NCBI RefSeq assembly: GCF_006345805.1
Contig: NC_043004.1
Span: 89,652,001-89,716,000 of the forward strand
Source of the DNA: Octopus sinensis
Lineage: Eukaryota
DNA length: 64,000 nucleotides
Direction: 5' to 3'
The position numbers and the translations under genes were made by a program. A model generated the notes under the pieces. That model made no database searches, had not been told where the DNA came from, and was given only the letters and a program-made list of their open reading frames with translations. This document shows, piece after piece, positions 38,672 to 51,470 of this stretch (its first letter is position 1; each line of letters starts with the position of its first letter).

Positions 38672-38724
38672 AACAAAACCTGTTACTCGGAGTTTCACGT
38701 TCCCGTTCGTCGAACAGTTTTGTT
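38672..38724 (-). ncRNA. Minimal hammerhead-like motif with variant core (TCGACGA)
   Basis: Minus strand: AACAAAACTGT-TCGACGA-ACG(GGAA)CGT-GAAA-CTCCGAG-T-A-ACAG(G)TTTTGTT; all three helices pair. Confidence 0.6.
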
Positions 38725-38989
38725 CAAATTGAACCGATATGACAATTCTATCAAGACTAGTATAAACGTTACACCTTTAAAAATGGACTTGCTTGATTGG
38801 TCCTTTCAAATAACGGTCATATGCGAGCGATAAACAAAAATTAAACAAAACAAATAAATGTGTTCAATATAAAATATAAAATTATAAAATTATAAAAATC
38901 GAGGAAAAACCTTAAATCGAAGCTTTGGTTTAAATACATATTGCCATTAATAATGCAGAAAATATAATTAATACATAAAAATTGAAATT

Positions 38990-39366
38990 AAAACTGTTAC
39001 CTTGTTATTTTATTCAGGTTTCAAAATTATTTTAGCAAATAAAATAATTTGCTAGGCGAATTTCTCATCAATGAACGCGCCATAACACTAACATATAATT
39101 AAGAGACAAATAACACGTGCCTCATCGTTATACATTATAATTTTTCAAATTCACCGCGCAAGAGCAGTTTCAGTCGGCAGTAAATGAAAAAATGCCGAAC
39201 TAATCCTTTAAAAATTACTAAATATACGTAAAATATAGGGTAGTGGGTTTTTTTAGTGCTATGGCGCAGCCACTCATGAGAAATTCACCTAGCAAATTAT
39301 TTTATTTGCTAAAAAAATTTTGAAACCTAGGTCTGACCAGAATAAAATAACAAGGTAAAAGTTTTT
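38990..39366. mobile_element. MITE/fold-back with ~80-100-bp inverted arms
   Basis: taccttgttattttattc..aggtttcaaaat..ttagcaaataaaataatttgctagg.gaatttctcat mirrored at 39276-39366. Confidence 0.75.
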
Positions 39367-39910
39367 ATTTTTCATTCTTTTTGACGATTGCTCTTAAATG
39401 TGGTTTTGGTCGTTTTGACTACTTCTTCTAGCGTGTAAAAACTGCCTGTTTTTACACGCAGTTTTCTCTTGTGAACACTATTTTATATTGAGAATATGTT
39501 GTCTATTGACTTTTTATACATGCTAGGCCACTGGTAGTGAAATTTCTATAAAAAAACTCACTACCTTATATTTCACACACACACACGCGCGCGCGCGCGC
39601 ACACACACACACATATGTAAATATATATATAAATTCCTTAGTTACTATAATTTATTAGTTTCTTTTGCATATTCTTAGTTTATGCATATATATGCAAATA
39701 TAGTATTGGTATATCCCATTTATGTTCATTAGAAATTAAATAAATAAAGAATTTTGACGTGTACGAATATTTATTCCCCCCACCCAATGTATATGTATGT
39801 ATGTATGTATGTATGTATAAATACGACGAGCTTCTTCCAACTTCCGTCTATCAAATGCACTCAAAACACCTTGGTCGACCCTAGGCTATAGCAGAGGACA
39901 CTTGCCCAGT

Positions 39911-39980
<70 letters not shown>

Positions 39981-40041
39981 ACACACATGCACATGTTATT
40001 TATATTTATTTGTATGTTTGTATATATGTATGAAAACCATA

Positions 40042-41120
40042 ATGGAAGTGATAAAGCATATTCAGCATATTTTGCTTTATAAAGGCAACAACGCAACCGA
40101 AAGTGCAAGGAATATGGGGATCGGACAATAAGCGTAAGCCAGTGTCAACGGTGGTTCCAGAAATTCCCTGCCGGAAATTATAGCCTAGAAGAAGAGTCTC
40201 GTCCTGAAAGATCTGCTGAGCTCGAGGAGGACGTCCTACAAACCTTGGCAGAGCAAAATCTCATCGTAACTGTTGAGGAACTAGCAGAGAAGCTTGGATT
40301 TGGTCATTCAACCATTCATTGACACCTGCGTGCCATCGGAAAAAGTAAGAAAATTGGTTCGATGGGTTCCTCACAAACTTTCCGAGTTTAATCGTGCGAA
40401 GAGAGTGAATGTGACCCCTTCTTTTTCAGTTGCGTCTCACGAATGAACCACTTTTGGACCGAATAGTGACGCGAAATGGCTTCTCTATAAAAATGTCAAA
40501 CACCGAAGGCAGTGGGTAGGGAAAAGAGAAACATCGGCACCCCTGGATAAAGAAGGTCTTCATCCACGTAAGGTGTTGTTATCTGTTTGGTGGGATATGA
40601 AAGGTTTAGTCCACTTTGAACTTTTAAACCCAAACCATAACAAAGGAGATCTACTGCGAGTAGCTCAAGAAGCTTAAGTCAGTGCTAGAAGAAAAACGAC
40701 CATCTTTGATTTCAAGACGAAAGGTGTTCTTCCATCAGGACAATGCTCGGCCACATACAGCGAGGATGACATTCCAAAGGATGAAGCAGTTTGAATGGGA
40801 AACGATGCCCCACCCACCATATTCGCTGGACATTGCCCCATCTGATTAACATATATTCCGCAGTTTTCAAAATCATTTGGACAGAAAAAATATGAATTCT
40901 GTAGACGAGGTCAGAACAGTACTTGAGGAGTATTTTTCGTCACGGACAAGTGAGTTTTGGAAGAGGGTCCTTGCAAGTCTACCAGATAGATGGAAGAGCA
41001 TTGTAGAAAATGAAGGAGAGTATATTGTAAATTAAAAAAGAACTTTATTTATCTTAATTTTGAATAATAAAGAATAATGCGGTTTTTTATATACCGCATT
41101 ATTTATGAGATGATCCAATA
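40042..41120 (+). mobile_element. Mariner transposon, pseudogenised DD34D transposase and right TIR
   Basis: DRIVT...KW.LY.N, HPRKVLLSVWWD, FHQDNARPH and HPPYSLDIAPSD motifs; right end attatttatgagatgatccaata|TA; frameshifts. Confidence 0.9.
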
Positions 41121-41378
41121 TATATACACATACATATACACACATGTAATATATATCCACATATATTTATATGTATGTGTATATTAAATATATATATATA
41201 TATATATATATAGCAACGAATTGCCTTACCACATACCGAATTTAGAAATAGCAGTCAAAGAGTTATAGCTATTTCTTCTACTAAAAAGGGAGATCTCAGT
41301 AAAAACAGCATTGGAAGGCAGACACAAACAGGTAAGAGAGAATGAATTGACGGCAATCTATCATACAATTTTAAGTTA

Positions 41379-41476
41379 TCTACGGACGCACGTTTCGAAA
41401 TCAAGCTTTTAGGAAAGCATAAGAATTAAATATTAAATAATTCTACCTTACCAAAACTTTTTCTCTTCAGCGTAGA
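41379..41476 (-). ncRNA. Type I hammerhead ribozyme (B1)
   Basis: Core intact on the minus strand, helix III ACGUGCGU, small indels in helix II. Confidence 0.8.
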
Positions 41477-41971
41477 ATTACTATAATCATAAATGATTAT
41501 ATATTGAATTTTGAGATACTAGAAGGCACCAACTCAAACTCAGTATCAGGGCGAGCTAGAATCCGCAACTAGTATCACAAATTCAATGTGTGAATGAAAA
41601 GATTGTGTCACCAGCCCCTTCCCACCCGCGTGTAGCCAAAAACAAGATGCTGTGGTCATCTACTGAGATAAAATATGGTTATCCGTAATAATGAAGGGTG
41701 AAATTAATTAATTTGGAATAATTATCAATTACACCAAGTAGTCTTCGGCATGTAAAAGCCTCATTCGAGGAAAATTTAAGTAATACTAAGCAATAAAGGG
41801 TTTTAGCAACGAATTGCCTTACCACATACCGAAGGGCTGGTGACACATCTTTTCATTCACACATTGAATTTGGTGATACTAGTTGCGGATTCTAGCTCGC
41901 TCTGATACTGAGTTGAGTGGTGCCTTCTAGTATCTCAAAATTCAATATATAATCATTTATGATTATAGTAT

Positions 41972-42070
41972 TCTACGCTGAAGAGAAAGAAGTTTTGGTA
42001 AGGTAGAATTATTTAATATTAATTCTTATGCTTTCCTAAAAACTTGATTTCGAAAACGTGCGTCCGTAGA
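41972..42070 (+). ncRNA. Type I hammerhead ribozyme (B2)
   Basis: TCTACG-CTGAAGA-G...C-GAAAA-CGTGCGT-C-CGTAGA; one extra A in the GAAA run, possibly a sequencing error. Confidence 0.72.
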
Positions 42071-42356
42071 TAACTTAAAATTGTATGATAGATTGCCGTC
42101 AATTCATTCTCTCTTACCTGTTTGTGTCTGCCTTCCAATTGCTGTTTTTACTGAGATCTCCCTTTTTTAGTAGAAGAAATAGCTATAACTCTTTGACTGC
42201 TATTTCTAAATTCGGTATGTGGTAAGGCAATTCGTTGCTAAACCCTTTTTTATGCTTAGTATTACTTAAATTTTCTCGAATGAGGCTTTTACATGCCGAA
42301 GACTACTTGGTGTAATTGATAATTATTCCAAATTAATTAATTTCACCCTTCATTAT

Positions 42357-42458
<102 letters not shown>

Positions 42459-42685
42459 TACGTGGTATAATATTTTCATGCAAGATGTTACAACCGTATC
42501 TGATTGTTCAAGTGATTCAATTCTGTGTATGTACATATTTACTCCATTGCTGACATTTACCAAGGGTTTCTCCCATCGTACTAATGCGCTATTTTCTGTC
42601 ATTAACAAAATATCATCCTTTTTTACGACACAGGCATGCTAGTGATTGTATATTTTTCTATACTTTGAAAACAGTTCAAATTGTG

Positions 42686-42982
42686 TAAGGTATACTAGCC
42701 ATCTCAATATGGCTAACCACTTAGGGTGGGTGTTACTGTAGCTTGTAGCCCCAGGAGAACATCGTCTCCAGCTGGCTTTAGGCACACTTTCTGTGCCCTC
42801 ATGGTATTTGCAAAGGGATGTCATCCCCCCCTCGTCAACCTAAGTGATACGCACGGACTGCAGTTTCTAGGTATTTTCCTGTGTGCCTAAAGCCAGCTGG
42901 AGACGATGTTCTCCTGGGGCTACAAGCTACAGTAACACCCACCCTTAGTGGTTAGCCATATTGAGATGGCTAGTATACCTTA
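42686..42982. mobile_element. Fold-back/MITE, internally deleted relative of 33972-34406 in opposite orientation
   Basis: TIR taaggtatactagccatctcaatatggctaacc...; its internal segment is the reverse complement of part of the first copy. Confidence 0.85.
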
Positions 42983-44359
42983 TATAGTTCAAATTATTTT
43001 TATTTTATATTATCTTTCTGGAATTTTACTTCTTTCTATTCAATTGATAACTTTAAATGACTCTCGCACAAATTACTATAATTTCTATGGAATTAAATGA
43101 CAATACAGTAGTTAAGAAGAACCAGAAACTGGAAATTCTTACTTTTCTTGATAATCTACCCCTGTAAAGAATTACTAACAGTGATTAAGTGTTTAAGAGA
43201 AACTTAGAACTGGTTCCAAAGATCGGCGCTAGGAAGAGAATCTTACATGGAAATATATGAATTAATGAACCCATTGAAAACGACTCCACAAGATGGTTAG
43301 CGAGATGTAACCGTAAAAGACGTATTTAAACGTAGCGGTGTTGCCAAACTGAATTACAGAGAGTGGATTGCACTCCTTTTCAAGGTAATTTTTAAGTGTG
43401 TAGTGCCAGTTTTACATTGTCAAATTGCATACTTTCGTTAGGCAGCTGGCGACCTGGGGTTAAACAGTAGTGCCAAATCTAGAAGTGGATTTAACGATGA
43501 GCTTTAGAGCAATATATATAAAATATTACTAAATCTAGGAATGCAAAAATAATTTGGTGTAGTGCTCTTCATAGCATGAATATATCCTTAAATGTAGCGT
43601 CTCCTTAGCACCGATGATCAGTACTCACTTCTTTGCTTCACACATACATCAGAAAATCTTCAGCAAAAATATCATCAAGGCAAATTAAAACTGTAGAGAA
43701 TCACAAATCTCTAACTACAACAAAAATATCCTTAAGCTTCATTAAAAAGGATCCTAATTGGGGCACACTTCACCACTTCACAAGAAATATTCAATAAAAT
43801 CTTCAATACAAATTATATTAATGCTAACTACATCTATACGAGATCACAAATCTTTAACTGCAACCCAAAATATGTATAAGTATATTGGTTTCTTTTAGAA
43901 TAAAACAACTTTAAGTGTAACTTCAGACATCACACACCACCCCTAATTAGGCAATTACACTACCTGTCCATTCATATAAGGATGATCATCAGTAAGTTCT
44001 GTTTTGTCATAGTTAAAAATCTGAGTGTTCCTGTCTACATAAAGAAATCTTTATAGAAGTTTACAATTTAGCACGAAGGTAAAATATATATTTACTGGTT
44101 TCAGGACCAGAAACATTTTTACTATGTTAGATATGTAGCAATTTGAATCATCAGAAATTTATGTTTTCGAGATTCATACATTTGAAAGTAATTTTACATC
44201 TAACTCAAAGAATTTCAGTGAGTATTTTGATATTTATAAAATACAGTAATTTCGAGTGCGTATTTGAATATAAGTGATCAATTAATAAAATTTGCTGAAA
44301 CTAGCAATATCTAGTTTCAGAATATATTTATTTCATATTAATCTTCTTACGGTTTTCAG

Positions 44360-44493
44360 AAATCCGTCTATGTTGAAGGCAGATTCTACCCACAATAACA
44401 CGATTTCAATATGAAAGTGACAACAGAGAAAGGTATCAGTTTCTTTCTGGCAACTATCAAAGAAAGCTTAACGTTCTTGATCAAGACAATAAG
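44360..44493 (+). other. Candidate exon of an unidentified transcript
   Basis: ggttttcag acceptor and AAG|GTGAGT donor in non-repetitive DNA; all three frames from this acceptor contain stops; no recognisable protein. Confidence 0.22.
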
Positions 44494-44891
44494 GTGAGTA
44501 CTTCATAGAATATTTACCATAGCCTCTTGGGCACTGAATTCGAATATATTTCAAAGTAGATCCGCTTTCTTTCTGATCGGAAATTACTGTTACCAATCTC
44601 TTCATAGGGAAACGAAATGTTTGATGTCAAAAGTATTCCGGTATCTTTGCAGAAAAGTAAAGACCTATGATGTATTTACTCGCTGTTGCGCTTATATTAT
44701 TGATTTTAGTATTGAATATATCGTCTTTGAAATTACCGTTAATGCTTCGTATGATAAGAAATATATTTTTATATTTCTACAAGAAATGAAGTGATTGAAA
44801 AGAAGCCACTAGACATATCGGGAAATAGAAATTTCGACGATGATTTTTCTTACAAATTAATTCTTACAAATTAAAATCTGAGAAATAAGAG

Positions 44892-45285
44892 CTTCTTCTT
44901 CTTCTTCTTCTTCTTCTTCTTCTTCTTCTTCTTCTTCTTCTTCTCTTCTCCTCCTCCTCCTCCTCCTCCTCCACCTCCTCTTCTTCTTCTTCTTCTTCTT
45001 CTCCTCCTCCCCTTCTTCTTCTTCTCCTCCTCCTCCTCCTCCTCCCTCTTCTTCTTCTTCTTCTTCTTCTTCTTCTCCTCCTCCTCCTCCTCCTCCCCTT
45101 CTTCTTCTTCTTCTTCTTCTTCTTCTTCTTTCTTCTTCTTCTTCTCCTCCTCTCCTCCTCCTCCCCTTCTTCTTCTTCTTCTCCTCCTCCTCCTCCCCTT
45201 CTTCTTCTTCTTCTTCTTCTTCTTCTCCTCCTCCTCCTCCCCTTCTTCTTCTTCTTCTTCTTCTTCTTCTTCTTCTTCTTCTTCT
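44892..45285. repeat. Long (CTT)n/(CCT)n compound triplet repeat
   Basis: Direct observation; explains the poly-E/K/R/G ORFs. Confidence 0.95.
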
Positions 45286-45742
45286 ACCTGCATCACAACC
45301 ATATGTGCGCGACATGGTAATCTCATATCAAGATAAACAGCACATGATTTTGCAGGTGGGGGACCAGTAAGAATTTTCTTCTGGTCGAGTAACCCATCCC
45401 ACTCAAAAGGTCCCTGAATAAGGGTTTTTCAAGGATGTTGAACGAAACACCCATGTTTTCAGAGATAAATCATTAAAACTCCAAGGAATTCTTCTCAACA
45501 CATGGCTATGATGCTCTCCCACTACTTTTGCTCGTGGTCAGAGATACACATATTGTTAGCTACTAAAAGACATGCTCAACTGGTTAAGGTCAAACAACTG
45601 ACAAGAAAATCTGTGGTATTGAGCAGAATATTTGCTGTAGCCCATCTTTTATACCAAGACAAAACAATGCTCATGATGGCGCTTCCAATCAGTTAAGATC
45701 AGAAGCCATGAGAGCCAGTACCTGGTACTGCATCAGTATCAT

Positions 45743-45805
<63 letters not shown>

Positions 45806-46150
45806 CACCACCACCACCAGGAATTTGGTTTTCATATTTGCTTCTTTTGATACCATTCCAAGTGCCCAAATAACAATATGTAATGTCGCTTTGAGATGCT
45901 ACACTCTTTTGATTTCTATCTCCAAGTCCTTACATTTGTTCAGTTCCTCAAATGTTTTCAGAGATATGGTTTTGTCAGCTGGGGCTCCAATATCCAACGA
46001 AGGATGTTTTTCAAAATGGTTTTTCACAATATCTGGTCAGTTAGCCTGAATTTCTCGATCAGACTGAACACTGAAATTGATGATTTATATTCCCACCGCT
46101 TCTCTTTGTGAAGAAAGTTGTGTGCTGTATATTGACCACTGTATGTACTA

Positions 46151-46540
46151 GTGGAGGCGCAATGGCCCAGTGGTTAGGGCAGCGGACTCGCGGTCATAGG
46201 ATTGCGGTTTCGATTCCCAGACCGGGCGTTGTGAGTGTTTATTGAGCGAAAACACCTAAAAGCTCCACGAGGCTCCGGCAGGGGATGGTGGTGATCCCTG
46301 CTGTACTCTTTCACCACAACTTTCTCTCACTCTTACTTCCTGTTTCTGTTGTACCTGTATTTCAAAGGGCCGGCCTTGTCACTCTCTGTGTCACGCTGAA
46401 TATCTCCGAGAACTACGTTAAGGGTACACGTGTCTGTGGAGTGCTCAGCTACTTACACGTTAATTTCATGAGCAGGCTGTTCCGTTGATTCAGATCAACC
46501 GGAACCCTCGTCGTCGTAACCGACGGAGTGCTTCCATCCA
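46151..46540 (+). mobile_element. SINE family B
   Basis: Highly similar to 7455-7835. Confidence 0.88.
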
Positions 46541-46544
46541 TGTA

Positions 46545-48120
46545 CTGAGCTGACCTGTACTCTGTTGATACCAATCGGCCACATTCAGAGATTATGTGGT
46601 CGATTGTCTCTGAATATTACTCGCATACACGGGCTGCTTTCATGCTTCATAACAATTCACTAATAGCTCCTACTTGGAAGACACTGATCCTGAGCAGCAG
46701 TAATATATTCCTTAGTTTCCGGTTTCAGACCAGAACATGCCAATCATTGATTGGTAAGAATTTGGTCTGCATCAGGATACCTAGCTCTAAACAGGAATTT
46801 GCTTTACAGTGGTTTCTGTTCTCATTTCTCCTTGGTATATTGGAGACTAGTTTGTTTGGCTGTATACTTTTAATTCTTTTTTATCCTTTTCAGTTGGTGA
46901 CACATTTTCTTCAAGTACTGGTTCTTTTAGCTACATTTCCTGGAAGATAGTGCAATTTTTTGGCACCTTCACGTTTCAGAACGAGTTTTAACATCTAGTT
47001 TTTTGCTTGTTGTCGGTAAGTAGAATTCTAAATTCCATTTTAAAGGTATTCCTAAATTGTTTGGCTGTGTGAAGGAGTGTTTGCAGTTGTTCATTTTCGT
47101 AAAAAGTTTCAAGTCATCCATATAGAGAAGATGGTTGATTTTTTGTACACATTGTATCTATAATTTGTTTCCTTGAGAAGTTTAAGTAGGTGAAACAGTG
47201 CTAAACTGAGTAACAAATGAGATTATTACTTTCCTCAGAAGATTCCATGATTAATATCGACTTCTCCAATGTCATTTTCCATTCCTTCATGGCATGAGAT
47301 AAAAACTTCCTGATTATTGTTGAAATTCTGAATATCTCCAGACATTCATCTATCCAACTTTAAAGAAGATTATCAAAGGCCTATTTGTAATCTATCCAGG
47401 CCATTGAAATAATTTTTTTACCTGTTCTGACAATCATCAATAATCATTTTCTCTATTAACAGTTGATCCATATGAGCCATGCTTACACTCTTTTTGCTTA
47501 TCAGAGAAAATGTTACTGATAATGAGGAAAGCATAAGTGCATTCCATTAGGACAGATATAGGAATCTTGTACAATTGTAACGCATGTTATGGGTCTGTAG
47601 TTCTAAAAGAATTGTGTTTCGTTATTTTGGGGGAGCAAAATTTGATACCGTTGACCAGCCACGTCACTTGCGTTTAAAAAAAAAATTTTTACCTAATTGC
47701 ACTGAAACAGTTAGTTTTGAATAGGAATTTTTAAAGACATTTTAAAAGACAATAGTTTGGTAATTTACATTTACTGACATCTACTTTGATCTCCTACCAA
47801 ATTTACTCTTCTTTAAGCTCAGTGTATTGTTTTTGTCTGTTAAACCATGGGGCATCACAGATAAGCGTCTTGTCAATTATCCAAAACTAAAGTATCTCTT
47901 GTTCTTAATTCACATATTTTATTTTAATTGTGTTCTTTTCAATGTGCCTGCAGAATTTTTTGGGGTTATTTTTAAGCATCTTATTATCTTGAACATTGTT
48001 ATTTCAGGAAATGGCGTATGTATGCAGCTTTGGCTTCAAAATTCCTTTTTATCTTTTCCATTACTTCAACGAGTTGGTGTTCAGAATTTAATTCATATTT
48101 TCTTCAGAGTTTTTTCTTTT
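46545..48120 (-). mobile_element. Decayed R4/Dong-like LINE RT fragment
   Basis: Minus strand reads MAWIDYK.AFD...WI.ECL; similar to the 13420-13700 region. Confidence 0.65.
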
Positions 48121-48136
48121 ATGATGATTTTTATAT

Positions 48137-48565
48137 TACTCTTTTACTCTCTTTTACTTGTTTCAGTCATCTGACTGCGGCCATGCTGGAGCACCGCCTT
48201 TAATCGAGCAACTCGACCCCGGGACTTATTCTTTTGTAAGCCCAGTACTTATTCTATCGGTCTCTTTTGCCGAACCGCTAAGTGACGGGGACGTAAACAC
48301 ACCAGCATCGGTTGTCAAACAATGCTAGGGGGACAGACACAGACACACAAACACAGACACACAAACACAGACACACACACATACATATATATATTTATAC
48401 ATATATACGACGGGCTTCTTTCAGTTTCCGTCTACCAAATCCACTCACAAGGCATTGGTCGGCCCGGGGCTATAGCAGAAGACACTTGCCCAAGGTGCCA
48501 CGCAGTGGGACTGAACCCGGAACCATGTGGTTGGTTAGCAAGCTACTTACCACACAGCCACTCCT
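48137..48565 (-). mobile_element. SINE family A
   Basis: Full-length reverse copy. Confidence 0.88.
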
Positions 48566-48719
48566 ATTATGATTATTACTTAAGTTTTTTTTTCAATATT
48601 TCTATGTCAGATTGGATATTATTGATTTGCGTCTTGACTTTTTTTCTTTATAAGAAAAATATGTGAAGTTCCAGAGCTCATGTTATAAAAACTTAATTTA
48701 ATTTATTTCAATTTTTTTT

Positions 48720-49000
48720 TTATGTTATGCCAGTATGAAGAGTTCATTTTAAACGACCGAAACTGGCAGCTACAATGTAATCTCTTAATCTTGTAGCGGG
48801 AACATTCAGCAATCACGTCACTATATCCGATGGCGTGATTCGCAAAAATATTACCCACGTGAACAAAACATTTTGTCCAATCAAGACTTCGCATGGATGA
48901 AAGGTTGGACACACATCTACTTATGCTATTAACTAGTTGCTTAAATATTGATGGTAGATATTTAAAACTTCTGTCGATGTTGGAGGTGTCCTCATTTGGT
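48720..49000 (-). mobile_element. Penelope-like fragment
   Basis: 'KYLPSIFKQLVNSISRCVSNLSS' resembles the PLE HPP.I.KQLP.SI..RLS.LSS pattern. Confidence 0.55.
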
Positions 49001-51410
49001 TTATGGAAAGATATATATTTGCTTGAAATAAAATTCATATGAGTGTCTCTCTCTCGCAGATAATACTAAGTTCAATATCTTGATAGTGGACCTTATAAGA
49101 GTGATTAGAAGCGTGTCCCGCATGTGCGATCCAATGGAACCAGAGAGAGATATACACATCACTTCATCCACCGCATGCAGTTCTCTGGATACAGCCAAAA
49201 AGTCAGGATTAAGGCGTGCAAAGGAGCCATGACAAACTGCAAGACCATCACAGAGTAGGATGCTAATGAGATCTACAGGAACAAATCATGAAGTAGTATA
49301 GAAAGGACTAAGAGGAAGATAAAAAAAAGGCCAACTCGTGGTATGAGGGCCCAAAATATCAGAGCGTCATGTTACACCTTGAGACGAACTAGTGTATCAT
49401 TTTAGAAAAGCCTTAGACAAACCGAATCTACGAATTAAAGTTGTAGCCAGGAACCCCCATAAAATCTCTGATCAGTAGAATATGCCTCTTTGCAAAAAAC
49501 CCTTTGTACTGATAGGAACTGAATAGTGTGTAAAGTAAGCCCACAGATACACTGCAAAACTAGGAATGCTATCAATAGGATAAAGTGCAGAGAAAGACGG
49601 CTCAGAAACATGACAGCGCCGTATATTAGAGAGACAGTCCGTAGCAAAGTGGAAAGAATAAAATACACTGGCGAAAACTAGAGGAGAAAAGCTCGCCAAT
49701 GCTATACGAGCATGCCAAACTAGAACACAGGGGATCAATAGATAACATAGATGTTAAGATCCTGTCCATACATAGAGCTTTCGATCGAGTCGAGTTGATC
49801 AGAGCCACATTGAAGTCAAGTTAGTTACTCATCCGCTTCACGATGTACCACACGATGTCATGAATAGATCAATTGGTGATTCTACATGTTTGCAGTTTCT
49901 TGACCAAAGTACTAACATCAAGCTCAAAACTTTTTGCTAACATCTTGGCTAAAATTTTAATCTCCGCATTTATGGACCGGAAAGTTTTTATAATAGCTTC
50001 TTTTTGATATTTTTCTACGCAGTACTATCACTCTCCGACTTTTAAAATTGGGAATTCTCTTTTGTGGAAAGTTGTATAAGACGTCTGCCAGGATACCTCC
50101 GAACAAATTAAAGGTCTATAAAAGTAAAGCTCATGGCCCAGATCGACCATCAAAACAAAGTGATTTACGCCTCATACAATCACTTACCTATTTCTTTATT
50201 ACCCACAAGGGGCTAAACACAGAGGGGACAAACAAGGACAGACATAGGTATTAAGTCGATTACATCGACCCCAGTACGTAACTGGTACTTATTTAATCGA
50301 CCCCGAAAGGATGAAAGGCAAAGTCGACCTCGGCGGAATTTGAACTCACAACGTAACGCAGACGAAATACTGCTAAGCATTTCGCCCGGCGTGCTAACGT
50401 TTCTGCCAGCTCGCCGCATACAATCACTTACCGCAACTTGCCTGCGATTATCAGCTTTTCTCAGTATTCCTCGTTTTCTGATGACTTAGGCATTGTCTCC
50501 TCACCTTTCTGGCCTGTCAGTCATTCCAGATAGTCGAGCCGATTTCACATTTGCTTGGAATCGCGTAGCATGCGCTCCTTTATCCGTCAAAGGTAGAAGT
50601 GTGGTTTTGTTGTCACGTTACGCCTTTGCCACCTGGGTCCGTCGAACGTCTTTTATTCCTTCATATTTTAGAGGCCTTCAGTTCCGACAACGAACCTTCT
50701 TGTTTTGCATTGAAGAATTGGACAAAGTCCATTCACACCGCAAGTATGTTGGTTGCAATCTCTTTTTTAACTGCCTCTTTGAATATACTCACTATTTCCC
50801 TCTCTAACCTTATTCTTTCTACCGCTTCTTACAGTCGCTTTTTTCAGAATGCCCTACTACTTGTTGACGATTGTCCCCGCCAATCGTCGCTTAATGCAAA
50901 TACGATCTGTGTATGCGTTCAACTTCCAGTAACGTGGTCTCTTTCTGAGAGTCTTAAGATATCTTGATGCGATTACACTATATCCCATTTGGTAGATCTA
51001 TTGTCCCCGGTATTCCAGCATATTCTGTTTGGTTGACTCGAAGAAATATCTCTAGCCCGTAACCCCACAATTTATTTGTTGGGTCCGGGTTATCTGGAGG
51101 ATGCTAATGCTCTCATCTCCTTCTTCGTTTCCCACGTCAAGGATCACCACTATCAGCCACTCGGGTTCCATTTCAGGCGGAATCCTGCCTACCCTAACTC
51201 TGGCAACGCACTTGTCCAGTTATGTAGGCAGAAGAGTCTACTCGTCCGAATGTAACAGCACAGCGGAGTACTCACTTGCCTCCTTGTTGGAGGCGAAAGT
51301 GACCACCACTGTGCCGTACCATCTACCTCTTGTGTAAAAGGTAATAACGTCTTTAATTTCCTCTAGGCACTTTGCTATCTCTTCCTGTGTTGCCATAACG
51401 CTAGCATGCC
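49000..51410 (-). mobile_element. Decayed Tx1/L1-clade LINE (RT remnant 49000-50060, ORF1-like remnant 50900-51410)
   Basis: 'ALINSTRSKA' matches ALINLDQSKAFDRV; similar to the 11235-11980 family; ORF1-like 'RGRWYGTVVVTF...RVRVGRIPP'. Confidence 0.6.
50189..50416 (-). mobile_element. SINE family C with 16-bp TSD
   Basis: TSD catacaatcacttacc at 50173-50188 and 50417-50432. Confidence 0.9.
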
Positions 51411-51470
51411 GGGCAAAATGCTTAGCGGTATTTCGTCTGTTTTTACGTTCTGCGTAGAAAAGAATATATA

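Noticed and set aside
44857-45326. Low-complexity ORFs (poly-E/K/R/G, poly-H/S/I, VCVC, RQTD, LSVC) here and at 19.7-21.8, 26.5, 54.0 and 60.2 kb
   Set aside because: They are entirely explained by stop-free microsatellites.
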